A stretch of DNA of 46,259 nt from an uncultured bacterium (GTDB taxonomy: Bacteria; Latescibacterota; UBA2968). The position numbers and the translations under genes were made by a program. This document shows positions 46,201 to 46,259 of this stretch, piece by piece (within the stretch, counting starts at the first letter, position 1; the number at the start of each line of letters is the position of its first letter). The stretch covers positions 1 through 46,259 of the forward strand of contig CAYYGZ010000006.1 of NCBI GenBank assembly GCA_964471275.1, read 5' to 3'. Under the pieces are notes generated by a model. The model did not search any database and had not been told where the DNA came from. It saw nothing but the letters and a program-made list of their open reading frames with translations.

Positions 46201-46259
46201 ATGCCGAATCTCACTCAGTATATAACCCCGGATCGCGTGGTTCTTCCGATCGTATCGAA
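46201..46259 (+). CDS. 5' end of an ORF truncated by the window edge, possibly a second EIIA type-2-like protein
   Basis: ATG at 46201. MPNLTQYITPDRVVLPIVS resembles the usual EIIA-Ntr N-terminus (L..yl.p..i.l.l) and parallels LKDRIDPQVMVPDLKS in the upstream EIIA-like protein. Only 19 codons are visible. Confidence 0.3.
   Translation, partial: MPNLTQYITPDRVVLPIVS

Noticed and set aside
1-46259. A search for CRISPR repeats, tRNA or tmRNA genes, IS elements, integrases, toxin-antitoxin pairs, reverse transcriptases or defence islands.
   Set aside because: I saw no regularly spaced direct repeats, no cloverleaf-like sequences in the few intergenic gaps, and no ORF with transposase, integrase, RT or nuclease-NTPase signatures. 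All gaps over 80 nt are accounted for by terminators, promoters or leaders. By-eye scanning cannot exclude short or degenerate elements.

Overview
This window is a densely packed, moderately GC-rich bacterial core-genome segment. I found no transposases, integrases, CRISPR arrays, tRNAs or defence-type genes. It opens with the last ~55 nt of a 5S rRNA gene and its terminator. A long plus-strand run of housekeeping genes follows (231-26276): an EF-G paralog, an S4-less TlyA-like methyltransferase, yebC-ruvCAB, tsaB-rimI, holB, metG, tatD, rsmA, recJ, ilvE, proC-hisH-hisF-proB, ftsB, recO, a stand-alone cNMP-binding protein, an AI-2E-family transporter, valS and a class A PBP. A bidirectional terminator at ~26.3 kb separates this from a minus-strand run (26388-41821): secDF, a polyprenyl synthase, prmC, prfA, L31 type B, rho, glnD, glgC, a CheY-like receiver and a 1039-aa soluble PAS/GAF histidine kinase. 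From 42038 the plus strand carries an NtrB-like kinase, a sigma-54-dependent NtrC-family activator, a well-formed sigma-54 promoter with tandem upstream palindromes, an EIIA(Ntr)-like gene and a short RpoD-like sigma factor. Many genes overlap by 1-11 nt and use TTG or GTG starts, which suggests extensive translational coupling. The short sigma factor resembles the ~285-aa primary sigma of the Bacteroidetes/Chlorobi (FCB) group, but the two clear promoters I could read are classical -35/-10 types, so the taxon is uncertain. Every sizeable ORF has a recognisable family. The only candidate for something undescribed is the carbon/nitrogen-themed regulatory locus at 34.4-46.3 kb: a kinase-receiver-glgC-glnD coupled operon divergent from a two-component system, a sigma-54 promoter, an EIIA-like gene and a sigma factor. 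All functional calls rest on by-eye motif recognition; no database search was run.
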